Below, one piece after another: positions 18,313 to 26,881 of a DNA stretch of 64,000 nucleotides. Under the pieces are notes generated by a model. The model searched no databases. It worked only from the letters and a program-made list of their open reading frames with translations, and had not been told where the DNA came from. Each line of letters opens with the position of its first letter. Positions within the stretch are counted from its first letter, which is position 1. The stretch lies in contig JANRJB010000112.1 of the NCBI GenBank assembly GCA_033764265.1, positions 764 through 64,763 of the forward strand. Reading direction: 5' to 3'. Made by a program: the position numbers and the translations under genes. The stretch is from Rhodospirillaceae bacterium (GTDB lineage: Bacteria; Pseudomonadota; Alphaproteobacteria; Rhodospirillales; Rhodospirillaceae).

Positions 18313-19811
18313 TGCGCGCCGAACTGGCCGCCGCCCTGACCGGCGCATCGCTGCTGGTGTGGACCGCCGCCGCGTCCGCCGCCGAACGCATCACGGTCGG
18401 GGTCAGTTCGCTGCCGGCCGGGCAGGGCAACCCGTACACCACCGGCGGCTTTCCCGGCATCGACCTGTACAGCGCCATGTTCGACGGGCTTGCCGAGTTG
18501 CACGAGGACGGCACGCTGAAACCGGCGCTGGCGGAGTCCTGGATCGCCGAGAATCCGACCACCTGGGTGTTCACGCTGCGTCCGGGCGTCACCTTCGCCA
18601 ACGGCGTGCCGTTCGATGCGGCGGCGGTCGAGGCGAACTATCGCATTCTCACGTCCGAGCAGGCCCAGGCCTGGTCGATGATCCGCGAGGTGCGCAACAT
18701 CGCCGCGGTCACCGCCCGCGACGCGCTCACGATCGAGGTGCGCACCCGCACGCCCGACCTGATGACCCCGGCGCGCTTCGCCGCGCTGAAGATGGTCGAG
18801 CCCGGCGCCTGGGCCGCGCGGGGCGCGGAAGGCTTCGCCAAACAGCCGGTCGGTACTGGGCCCTATGCCGTGACGCGCTGGGCCGCGCAGCAGGTCGAGA
18901 TGGCCGAGAGCCCCAATGCCTGGCGCAAGCCACACGTGCCGGCGCTGATGGTGCGGGCAGTGCCGGAAACCTCGGCGCGGCTCGCGGGCGTGCAGGGTGG
19001 GGCGCTCGACGTGGCCTTGAACCTGGGGCCCGAGGATATCGCCGCGCTCGAGGCCTTCGGCGGGCGCATGCACGTTTACCCGCAAAGCGGCGTGATGGGC
19101 ATGTCGTACATTCTGGTGAAGGACACGCCGTTGTCCGATCCGCGCGTGCGCCGTGCCGTCACCTACGCCGTCAACCGCCAGGCCATCGTCGACCAGGTGT
19201 TTGCCGGCCGGGCGAAAGTGGCCAGCCAGGCTGCGCCCAGCCCCGCCTTCGGTCATGACCCCGATCTCAAGCCGTTTCCCTATGACCCCGACCGCGCCCG
19301 CGCGCTCTTGGCCGAGGCCGGCTACCCGGACGGGTTTTCGTTCACCGTCGATGTGATGATCGTCAATTCCACCGACTCGCCCTTGTGGCAGCAGGTCGCC
19401 GCCGATCTGGCCAAGGTGGGCGTGCGCATGACCGTGAACGTGATGCCGTTCGCCCGTTACAACCAGGGGCTCTACCAGGGCGCCTGGACCGGCGCGGCCT
19501 TCGGCATGAATTACGGCTCGCTGCCGGCGCTCGATCCCATGGTCGGGTTTCAGTATCACTCGTGCCTGTGGCTCAAGCCGTGGATTTGCGACGCGGAGCA
19601 GGCCAATCTGATCAAGGCGATCATGGCCGAGTTCGACCGCGACCGCCGCCAGGAGATGACCCGCCGGCTGCAACGCATGACCGCCGACCCGCCGATCGGC
19701 CTGTTCCTGTACGAGGTGACGCGTTTCGATGGGCTGGGGCCGCGGGTGACGGCGTACCGATCGCCGTTCGGCTACACCTCGTACCGCGACATCGCCGTGA
19801 AGGACGACTGA
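18312..19811 (+). CDS. ABC transporter substrate-binding protein, family 5 (peptide/nickel/opine type), orphan
   Basis: In-frame ATG 18312 gives signal peptide MRAELAAALTGASLLVWTAAASAAE. LKPALAESW...TFTLRPGVTFANG is typical of SBP_bac_5. No permease or ATPase genes are adjacent. Confidence 0.8.
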   Translation: MRAELAAALTGASLLVWTAAASAAERITVGVSSLPAGQGNPYTTGGFPGIDLYSAMFDGLAELHEDGTLKPALAESWIAENPTTWVFTLRPGVTFANGVPFDAAAVEANYRILTSEQAQAWSMIREVRNIAAVTARDALTIEVRTRTPDLMTPARFAALKMVEPGAWAARGAEGFAKQPVGTGPYAVTRWAAQQVEMAESPNAWRKPHVPALMVRAVPETSARLAGVQGGALDVALNLGPEDIAALEAFGGRMHVYPQSGVMGMSYILVKDTPLSDPRVRRAVTYAVNRQAIVDQVFAGRAKVASQAAPSPAFGHDPDLKPFPYDPDRARALLAEAGYPDGFSFTVDVMIVNSTDSPLWQQVAADLAKVGVRMTVNVMPFARYNQGLYQGAWTGAAFGMNYGSLPALDPMVGFQYHSCLWLKPWICDAEQANLIKAIMAEFDRDRRQEMTRRLQRMTADPPIGLFLYEVTRFDGLGPRVTAYRSPFGYTSYRDIAVKDD

Positions 19812-19822
19812 GGAGCCACTCG

Positions 19823-20365
19823 ATGCCCGATGCCGCCGCGTTCCGCCGCGCCCTGCCGGTGATGAGCCGCAGCGAAGGCGTATGGGAGGGCACCTACCGC
19901 CGCTTTTCCGGCGATGGCCAGCCGATGGGCGTGCATCGCTCGCGCGTGGTGTTCCGGCTGCTGGAAAACGCCGCCGGCGGCGAAATCTACCACCAGACCA
20001 ATATTTATCGCTTCGCCGACGGCCGCACCCAGGTGATCGACTCCACCGGCACTTTCGACGGCGAAAAGCTGGTGTTCAACAGCGACCGCGGCATCGCCGG
20101 CTGGGCCAAGGACGATGCCAGCGACCCGCATGGCCGCGTCTGCCTGTTGTTCATGGAGGCGACCAAGGACACGCCGCAACTGAAGGTCGGCACCGTGTGC
20201 TACGAACTCGTCCAGATCAGCGATTGCGGCCGGTTCCGCATGCGCATGGCCCAGTACGTGCTGGACGGAAAGGTCTTGATGCGCACCCTGATCGACGAAA
20301 CCTTCGTCACCCGCGATTGGGCGCGCGAAGCCGACTGGTCCAAGCTGCCGCTGGACGGTCAGTAG
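19823..20365 (+). CDS. Hypothetical protein (lipocalin/calycin-like beta-barrel guess)
   Basis: In-frame ATG 19823 within ORF 19385..20365, 11 nt after the SBP stop. EGVWEGTYRRF start is typical of small beta-barrel DUFs. Confidence 0.55.
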   Translation: MPDAAAFRRALPVMSRSEGVWEGTYRRFSGDGQPMGVHRSRVVFRLLENAAGGEIYHQTNIYRFADGRTQVIDSTGTFDGEKLVFNSDRGIAGWAKDDASDPHGRVCLLFMEATKDTPQLKVGTVCYELVQISDCGRFRMRMAQYVLDGKVLMRTLIDETFVTRDWAREADWSKLPLDGQ

Positions 20366-20443
20366 CCCACTCGGTGCCGCGGCCCGCGTTCCTCCGGCGC
20401 CGCCGCCGCGCTACCATCGTGGTCTCTGATCGGGGGCATTGCC

Positions 20444-21346
20444 ATGACCGCCATTCCCGCGCCGCTGACGCGCACGCCGTTCGTCGGCCTGACCGCCCTG
20501 GCCGCCGCGCTGTTCATGCTGGCCATAGGCCATACGACCTTGGTGCTGATGCGCCACCTGCTCAACGCCGAGGTCGACATCACGGGCCCCGAAGTGGCGC
20601 TCAGTCTGGCGATGGGTGCTGCCGGCATGGCGATGGTCTGGCACGGCCGTTTGCGCGGCGAGGCGATCGGCACCTGGTTCGGCTTCATCGCCGGCACCTT
20701 GATCTGGGTCGGTTTCTTCGAATTGGGTTGGAAGACCTTCTCGCACGCCTTGAAGGTCCAGCCGGTGGAGTATCAGGGGATCCCGGTCCTCAGCGCGGAA
20801 CTGCAAGTCATCCAGGCCAGCGTCATTCCCTTCTTGATGCTGATGGTCTTCCTGACCATCAACAAGGAAACGCGCTGCAACATGATGTTGTGGGTCAGGC
20901 GTCAGTTGCGGCTGGATGCGGGACGCGCCATGACCGGCAAGGAACGCAACTTCGCCGCGATCACCGCGATGGAGAGCATCGCTGTGACTTGGGCGTGCTA
21001 CATCATCACTATCATGATCGTCGACCCGCGCATCGTCGGCAATCCGATGACCACGTCCGCGCAGCTGCCCTACCTGGGTTTCTTCGCCTGGGGCATGTAC
21101 CTGATCTGGCGGCTCGCCAAGCAGAAGCACATGGCGCCGGCGCTGCGCTACGCGATCGGCACCGCCGGCATCAACTGGATCTGGATCGAGGCCGGCAGTC
21201 GCGCCGAGATGTACCCGGAAATCTGGATCAAGCCGGTCGAGTATCCGGTGCTGATGACGCTGGTGTTCGCCGTGCTGGTCGGCACGCTGGTGCTGATGCG
21301 CTTGAACTCTGCAAGCCGCGGCGCCGAGCCCGCCCTGGCGGAGTAG
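20444..21346 (+). CDS. Polytopic membrane protein of unknown function (paralogue A)
   Basis: 300 aa with about 8 hydrophobic segments. Shares NKETRCN, ITAMESIAVTWACY, RYAIGTAGINWIWIE and EIWIKPVEY blocks with 22139..23014. Confidence 0.7.
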   Translation: MTAIPAPLTRTPFVGLTALAAALFMLAIGHTTLVLMRHLLNAEVDITGPEVALSLAMGAAGMAMVWHGRLRGEAIGTWFGFIAGTLIWVGFFELGWKTFSHALKVQPVEYQGIPVLSAELQVIQASVIPFLMLMVFLTINKETRCNMMLWVRRQLRLDAGRAMTGKERNFAAITAMESIAVTWACYIITIMIVDPRIVGNPMTTSAQLPYLGFFAWGMYLIWRLAKQKHMAPALRYAIGTAGINWIWIEAGSRAEMYPEIWIKPVEYPVLMTLVFAVLVGTLVLMRLNSASRGAEPALAE

Positions 21347-21358
21347 CGACCCTGTGAC

Positions 21359-21709
21359 CTAGGCCGCTTGCTTCCGCGACCTTTGCTGACGTCGGCTTTT
21401 CGCAGGAGCCTGCTCAATTCTGATGGCCGGCAAGTTCGGAAATCGCGCGATTAACTCCAATTCGCCGCCCAATGCCCGTACGTAACTTCTGAGCGATGAA
21501 ACACGCATGTCGGTCCGCGTTTCCAGCCGCGAAACGGCGTGTTGCCCAATCTTGAGCGTGTTCGACAGTCGCGCTTGGGTTTGACCTATCGCGCGGCGAA
21601 TATCGCGCAACGAAAGTTCCTCGGCCACAAGTTCAGCTGCCCGCGCCTTGATTCGAGCGCGCTCGGAGCGCGGCAGGGTCGCGATGAATTCGTCCACGGG
21701 TCGCGCCAT
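21359..21709 (-). CDS. XRE-family HTH antitoxin (HigA-like)
   Basis: LSLRDIRRAIGQTQARLSNTLKIGQHAVSRLE is an HTH_3 motif. Lies directly downstream of the RelE/HigB-like toxin gene. Confidence 0.75.
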   Translation of the reverse strand: MARPVDEFIATLPRSERARIKARAAELVAEELSLRDIRRAIGQTQARLSNTLKIGQHAVSRLETRTDMRVSSLRSYVRALGGELELIARFPNLPAIRIEQAPAKSRRQQRSRKQAA

Positions 21710-21724
21710 TATAAGTGACCTTTG

Positions 21725-22081
21725 CTAAGAATTGAGTCGAATGCGGCTGAGGTGAGCGCCGAATCGTTTGTCCGCCAGGGCGATCAAACGCCGGTAGAAA
21801 CGTTTCTCGCTCACACCGCTCTTGTCGCCGGCCGCCAGAATTATTGCGCGACGTTGCGGATCGAATGCAAACGCCGCTCGCCAAACTCCGTCGCCGGCAT
21901 CGAACCTGAGTTCTTTCATGTTGGCATGCTTCGAGCCCTTCAGTGTGTCGACGCGCGGTCGGCCGAGCGACGGGCCAAACTCGGCAAGCAATTCGGCCTG
22001 TGCAAGCAGCTCGATTCGGACACGACGATCCATTGCATTGATCTCGGGCTCGAATTCGGGCGCGATCGCGACGGACCACAT
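21725..22081 (-). CDS. RelE/ParE-superfamily toxin, HigB/Gp49 (DUF891)-like
   Basis: TLKGSKHANMKELRFDAGDGVWRAAFAFDPQRRAIILAAGDKSGVSEKRFYRRLIALADKRF matches the Gp49-type toxin pattern. Start taken at MWSVAI (CAT 22079-22081); the alternative ATG at 22096 lies inside the palindrome. Confidence 0.7.
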   Translation of the reverse strand: MWSVAIAPEFEPEINAMDRRVRIELLAQAELLAEFGPSLGRPRVDTLKGSKHANMKELRFDAGDGVWRAAFAFDPQRRAIILAAGDKSGVSEKRFYRRLIALADKRFGAHLSRIRLNS

Positions 22082-22088
22082 CTCCAAA

Positions 22089-22108
22089 ATATGCATAAAT
22101 ATGCATAT
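22089..22108. promoter_or_regulatory. Palindromic operator candidate ATATGCAT-N4-ATGCATAT upstream of the toxin-antitoxin pair
   Basis: atatgcataaatatgcatat lies immediately upstream of the toxin start, in the low-GC 22082-22138 spacer. Confidence 0.4.
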
Positions 22109-22138
22109 TTACGCAAGTGCAAGACAGGGGCCGCGCTC

Positions 22139-23014
22139 CTACGCCGCTTGTCGCCGCTGTGGCAGAAAGCCCGAGGCGATCAGAAGCGCGAGAAACACAC
22201 CCAGCGCCACCCACATGGTGGTGGAGTATTCGGCGGGTTTCAGCCAGATCTCGTCGTAGAAGCCGTAGCGGGGCGCGAACTCGCCGAACGGAATCCAGAA
22301 GATCGATTTGGTCGGAATGGCGTAGCGCATCGCCGCCATGACGCGGGTGTATTTCATCAACCGATAGAGCAGGTACACGCCCCACACCGCCAGCCCGGCG
22401 ACGATGGCGTAGGTGACCGGATGGTGGTAGCCCAGGAATCGTTCGTCGCCCAGGAACAGCGAGGCGGAATAGCAGAACCAGGTGACGGTGATCGTCTCCA
22501 GAAAGGTGATCCGGCAATAGTTGCGGCCCTGGCCGGAATCGGGCTCGCCAACGTTGAGGCGGAACACCTTTTGAATCCAGCGGAAAGCGTTGCAGCGGGT
22601 GTCCTTGTTCAACACGGAGAACAGCAGAACCGCGACGCAAATGCCGAACGAGCCCTGGATGAACAGCAAGTGGAACGGCAGCTTGCCGCCGCTGCCGTCG
22701 CGGTCGACCATGCCGAGCCCCAACGAGTATTCGTTGAATTTGAACGAATAGGACGCCCAGCCGATCCACATCAGGATGCCGGCGGCATAACCAAGGATGG
22801 TGCCCGAGACTTCCTCGTTGCGCCGCGTGCCGTAGACCAGCATCGCCAGCGCCACCGCGCCCATGACGAAGAACACCGCGAACTGATTGCGGCCGACCAC
22901 GTCGCGCACCAGGACGCTGATGGTGTGGGCGAGCGGCGTGCCCAGCATGATCGCGACGAAGGCGATGATGCCGATGAACGGCGGGCGGTAGTAGCGGGTG
23001 AGCAAGGCAGGCAT
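22139..23014 (-). CDS. Polytopic membrane protein of unknown function (paralogue B)
   Basis: 291 aa. Shares NKDTRCN, ITFLETITVTWFCY, RYAIPTKSIFWIPFGE and EIWLKPAEY blocks with 20444..21346. Confidence 0.7.
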   Translation of the reverse strand: MPALLTRYYRPPFIGIIAFVAIMLGTPLAHTISVLVRDVVGRNQFAVFFVMGAVALAMLVYGTRRNEEVSGTILGYAAGILMWIGWASYSFKFNEYSLGLGMVDRDGSGGKLPFHLLFIQGSFGICVAVLLFSVLNKDTRCNAFRWIQKVFRLNVGEPDSGQGRNYCRITFLETITVTWFCYSASLFLGDERFLGYHHPVTYAIVAGLAVWGVYLLYRLMKYTRVMAAMRYAIPTKSIFWIPFGEFAPRYGFYDEIWLKPAEYSTTMWVALGVFLALLIASGFLPQRRQAA

Positions 23015-23085
23015 GGCGGGGCGTCCTCCAGCCGCGTCAGCCTACGCAAACAAGACCCCGCCGAAAAGCAGGTTATCGATCGCGG

Positions 23086-23898
23086 TCACGCGTCGAGATG
23101 GGAACGGATCTTGGCGTTGATGCGGGTAGCCGCCACGTCGAAGATGCCGAAGCCATGGTCGGGCCAGCGCTCGAACCGGCCGTTCTTCATCAGACCTTCG
23201 CAGCGCGGCGAAATCTCCCACAAATCGTCCTTGGGACCGATCGCCAGGATCGGCTGGGTCACCTGCGGCAGCTTTTTCTCGAAGCCGTAGCGCATGGCCG
23301 CGCGGCCGCCCCAGAACGCCTTGTCGCCGGCCTTCAGCTTGTCGACGAAGCCGCGCATGATCATCGGCAACGTCATGCCCGGCCCGGCCCAATGCATCGA
23401 GCGGTTCCATTCGCCGGTCACGAACGACGCGTCCTCGGTGAAGGGCAGGGGCCACGGCGTCTTGTTGAAGGCATCGATGAAAGCCTGGTCCACCAGCGGC
23501 ATGCCGATCAGCACCAGCCGGCGGACCTGGTGGGGCCGGGTCAGCGCCAGCTCGGTCGCGGTCAGCGCGCCGGTGTGATAGCCGAGCAGGTCGACGGGCA
23601 CGTGGCCGAGCTGATCGAGCAGGTCGCCCATTGCCGCCGCGTAGTCGGCGATGTCCGGCGGCGACGGCGGCGGGTCGGACTCGCCGAAGCCCGGCGTGTC
23701 GGGCGCGTAAACGAAGCGGTCGCGACCCAGGTCTTTCAGCACCTCGGTGAAAATGCGGCCCGACTGCGGGCTTTGGTGAAAGCACACCAGCGGCGTGTGG
23801 TGCGCCACGGTGCCCGGCGTCGGCCGCGCGCTACGCAGGTGCAGCTGGCCGAATCTGGCGTCGACGTAACTGCGGCGGATGGCCGCGGGTGCGGACAT
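23086..23898 (-). CDS. Alpha/beta-hydrolase-fold protein, non-canonical elbow G-Y-H-T-G (cytoplasmic paralogue)
   Basis: Start MSAPAAIRRSYVD (CAT 23896-23898), 2 nt after the upstream gene's stop. VCFHQSPQSG and LLGYHTGALTA are shared with 55041..55943 and 55946..56872. Confidence 0.75.
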   Translation of the reverse strand: MSAPAAIRRSYVDARFGQLHLRSARPTPGTVAHHTPLVCFHQSPQSGRIFTEVLKDLGRDRFVYAPDTPGFGESDPPPSPPDIADYAAAMGDLLDQLGHVPVDLLGYHTGALTATELALTRPHQVRRLVLIGMPLVDQAFIDAFNKTPWPLPFTEDASFVTGEWNRSMHWAGPGMTLPMIMRGFVDKLKAGDKAFWGGRAAMRYGFEKKLPQVTQPILAIGPKDDLWEISPRCEGLMKNGRFERWPDHGFGIFDVAATRINAKIRSHLDA

Positions 23899-23900
23899 GC

Positions 23901-24734
23901 TCACTTCACCGGCTTCTGGTACAGGTGGGTGAAGCGGTCGCTCTCGCCGATGGCGGCATACTTGGCGCGGTCGACGTCGCCTTCGCGGTAGCTGGGCGGC
24001 AGGGTCCACACGCCCTTGGGATAGTCCTTGGTGTCTTTTGGGTTGGCGTTGATTTCCGACGTCGCCACCAGCCTAAATCCGGCCTTCTCCGCCAAGGCGA
24101 TCGCGTAGTCTTCGCGCACATAGCCCGAAACGGCCTTCGGGTCCTGCGGCTGGTCGGCGCGGCCGCGATGCTCGACCACGCCGAGGTAGCCGCCCGGCTT
24201 CAATGCCGCGAAAAAGCTGGCGTACATCGCCTCGGCGTAGCCGCGGGTCATCCAGTTATGGATGTTGCGAAAGGTCAGCACCATGTCGAGCGTGCCGGGC
24301 GGCACCGGCGCGAGCTTCTCGGTCATCGGGAACAGGATGGCGGTTTCGACCTTGCCATAGTTGGTGGGGTCGGCGGCCAGCTTGGCGGCGAGCGCCTCGA
24401 CCATGCGCTTGGCCCCGGCCGTTGCGGCGGGATCGAAATCGCCGGCGATGTAGCGGCCGTGGTCCTTCAGCACCGGCGCGAGGATTTCGGTGTACCAGCC
24501 CGCTTCGGGCCACACCTCCATCACCGACATGGTGTCCTTCAGACCGAAGAATTTCAGGGTCTCAAGCGGATGGCGGTACGCATCGCGGGCTTTGTTCTCG
24601 GGGCTGCGATGGTCGCCGGCCAGCGCCTGCTTCAGATTGGCTTCCGTGCGTGCATCCGTTTCGGCCCAAGCAACCAGAGGCGTCGACATTGTGGCCGCAG
24701 CCAGCACGGCGGTGATGATTCTGACGAACGACAT
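23901..24734 (-). CDS. Class I SAM-methyltransferase-fold protein with Sec signal peptide (tandem copy 1)
   Basis: Start MSFVRIITAVLAAATMSTPLVAWAE (CAT 24732-24734). Motifs VMEVWPEAGWYTE, VLTFRNIHNW, LKPGGYLGVVEH; C-terminus AIGESDRFTHLYQKP. Confidence 0.8.
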   Translation of the reverse strand: MSFVRIITAVLAAATMSTPLVAWAETDARTEANLKQALAGDHRSPENKARDAYRHPLETLKFFGLKDTMSVMEVWPEAGWYTEILAPVLKDHGRYIAGDFDPAATAGAKRMVEALAAKLAADPTNYGKVETAILFPMTEKLAPVPPGTLDMVLTFRNIHNWMTRGYAEAMYASFFAALKPGGYLGVVEHRGRADQPQDPKAVSGYVREDYAIALAEKAGFRLVATSEINANPKDTKDYPKGVWTLPPSYREGDVDRAKYAAIGESDRFTHLYQKPVK

Positions 24735-24754
24735 GTCGAAACCCCGCAAGAGAA

Positions 24755-24784
24755 AACCGGCGACAGGGTGGCCCGTCGCCGGTT
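24755..24784 (-). terminator. Rho-independent terminator candidate after tandem copy 2
   Basis: 10-bp perfect stem AACCGGCGAC / GTCGCCGGTT. On the minus strand it is followed by TTCTCTT. Located 32 nt downstream of the 24816 stop. Confidence 0.5.
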
Positions 24785-24815
24785 TCAATTCAACTCTCAA
24801 CGCGAACGCGCTGCA

Positions 24816-25652
24816 TCAGTTCGCGGGCTTCTGATACAGGTGGGTGAAGCGGTCGCTTTCACCGATGGCCGCGTACTTTTCACGGTTGACGTCCTTCTCG
24901 CGGAAGTTCGGCGGCAGGGTCCACACGCCGCCCGGATAGTCCTTGGTGTCTTTCGGATTGGCGTTGATCTCGGATTTGGCGACCAGCTTGAAACCGGCCT
25001 TTTCGGCCAAAGCCTGGGCGTAGTCCTCGCGCACGTAGCCGCTCGCGGCCTTGGGATCCTGCTCCTTGTCGGTGTTGGCGCGATGCTCGACCACGCCCAA
25101 GTAGCCGCCCGGCTTCAGACTGTCGTAGAACACCTTGAACATTTGGTCTTGGGTGCCCTGCGCCATCCAGTTGTGGATGTTGCGGAAGGTCAGCACCATG
25201 TCGGCGGTGCCGGGGGCGATCGGAGTGAGCTTGCCGGTGCGCGCCGAAAGTTCGCCCACCACCGCGTTGCCATAGATCTCAGGTCGCTCGGCCAGCTTGG
25301 CCTTAAACCCATCGACCTGTTTCTTGGCGCCTTCCGAGGCGGCCGGATCCAGATGGCCGGCGACGTACTTGCCGTTCTGGTTGAGCAGCGGCGCCAGGAT
25401 TTCGGTGTACCAGCCGCCCGACGGGCCGATCTCCAGCACCGTCATGTCGTGGCGCACGCCGAAGAATTTCAAGGTCTCGAGCGGGTTGCGGTATTTGTCG
25501 CGGGCCTTGTTCTCGGGGCTACGATGGTCGCCGTCCAGGATGACCTTCAGCTTGGCTTCGGTGCCGGCATCCATCTCGGCCATGGCCGCCATCGGCCAAG
25601 CCACCAGGGCGGCCAGTGCGCAGGCTTTTACCGCCGTCAGTACGGTCGTCAT
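24816..25652 (-). CDS. Class I SAM-methyltransferase-fold protein with Sec signal peptide (tandem copy 2)
   Basis: MTTVLTAVKACALAALVAWPMAAMAE signal. Motifs VLEIGPSGGWYTE, VLTFRNIHNW, LKPGGYLGVVEH. Confidence 0.8.
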   Translation of the reverse strand: MTTVLTAVKACALAALVAWPMAAMAEMDAGTEAKLKVILDGDHRSPENKARDKYRNPLETLKFFGVRHDMTVLEIGPSGGWYTEILAPLLNQNGKYVAGHLDPAASEGAKKQVDGFKAKLAERPEIYGNAVVGELSARTGKLTPIAPGTADMVLTFRNIHNWMAQGTQDQMFKVFYDSLKPGGYLGVVEHRANTDKEQDPKAASGYVREDYAQALAEKAGFKLVAKSEINANPKDTKDYPGGVWTLPPNFREKDVNREKYAAIGESDRFTHLYQKPAN

Positions 25653-25730
25653 GTGTCAGTCTCCTTTGCATGGGTCAGTTGCGGGCCAACGACGGCGTCT
25701 TGCGTCGCCGGTCCGTCGTCGTCGCGTCGG

Positions 25731-26567
25731 TCAGTTGGCCGGCTTCTGATACAGGTGCGTGAAGCGGTCGCTCTCCCCGATGGCAGTGTATTTGGCCTTG
25801 TCGACCTCGCCCTCGCGGTATGTGGGCGGCAAGGTCCACACGCCCTTCGGATAGTCCTTGGTGTCCTTCGGATTGGCGTTGACCTCGGACTTGGCCACCA
25901 GTACGAAGCCGGCTTTCTTCGCCAGTTCCTCGGCGAAATCCTCGCGGACGTAGCCGTTCGCGGCCTTGGGGTCCTGCGGCTGGTCGGTCTTGGCGCGGTG
26001 CTCCACCACGCCCAGGTAACCGCCCGGCTTCAGGCTGTCGTAAAACACTTTGTACAAAGCGTCCTGGGTGTTTTGACTCATCCAGTTATGGATGTTGCGG
26101 AAAGTCAGCACCATGTCGACCGACCCCGGCGGCACCGGCTGCATCTTGTTGGTGCCGGGGAACAGCACGGCCACCTCGACCTTCGCGAGGTCGGGGTGCT
26201 TGCCCAGCATCTCCTTGTAGCCGGCGACGGCCTTTTTCATGAACTCGCTGGGCGCCTCGGGGTCCCAGTGGGCGGCGATGTACTTGCCCTTGTCCTTGAG
26301 CACCGGGGCCAGCACTTCAGTGTACCAGCCGCCGCTCGGCCAGATTTCCATGACCGCCATGGTGTCCTTCAGGCCGAAGAACTTCAGCGTTTCCATCGGA
26401 TGGCGGTGTGCGTCGCGGGCCTTGTTGGCCTCGGAGCGGATCGGGCTGGCAAGCGCAGCCTTCAGCTTGGCCTCGGTGCCGGCGTCCATCTCGGCCTTGG
26501 CCGGCATCGCAATCGCCATGGTGACCGCAAGGGCCCCGACGACGGTTCGTCCCAAACGCATGTGCAT
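25731..26567 (-). CDS. Class I SAM-methyltransferase-fold protein with Sec signal peptide (tandem copy 3)
   Basis: Start MHMRLGRTVVGALAVTMAIAMPAKAE (CAT 26565-26567) preceded by GGGAGG. Same motif set as copies 1 and 2. The rest of track ORF 25731..26861 is leader. Confidence 0.8.
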   Translation of the reverse strand: MHMRLGRTVVGALAVTMAIAMPAKAEMDAGTEAKLKAALASPIRSEANKARDAHRHPMETLKFFGLKDTMAVMEIWPSGGWYTEVLAPVLKDKGKYIAAHWDPEAPSEFMKKAVAGYKEMLGKHPDLAKVEVAVLFPGTNKMQPVPPGSVDMVLTFRNIHNWMSQNTQDALYKVFYDSLKPGGYLGVVEHRAKTDQPQDPKAANGYVREDFAEELAKKAGFVLVAKSEVNANPKDTKDYPKGVWTLPPTYREGEVDKAKYTAIGESDRFTHLYQKPAN

Positions 26568-26881
26568 GGTGGTGTGTCCTCCCTGAGTGGCGACGCGCGC
26601 CCGAACTTCCGGCGGCTTCGCGTCGCGGCATGGTGGCGCCCCGTCGCGCCGCGCCGAGTCGTACAACGAAATAGGGACTTCACAAAGCGGAACAACCCGA
26701 AACACCCGCAATCTCACGGGTTCGTCATTTTGGCTTGAGTGGGCGGATTGGCCCGCAAAGTCGCGCTGTAGCCATGTGGCCGGCGCATGGCCGGCCGCTT
26801 GATCTTGTCCCCCGCCGCCATACATGGCGCACACTGCACGTTCGATGCTCGAACGCCCCACACCCGTTGAAGGGACCCGCC

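Noticed and set aside
23889-26738. 949-aa plus-strand ORF, the longest in this region
   Set aside because: It is antisense to the three tandem methyltransferase-fold genes and the hydrolase. Its translation is Arg/Gly/Ala/Val-rich low-complexity with internal repeats that simply mirror the tandem duplication. The minus-strand frames have clear motifs, signal peptides and an SD sequence. It is a classic high-GC shadow ORF.
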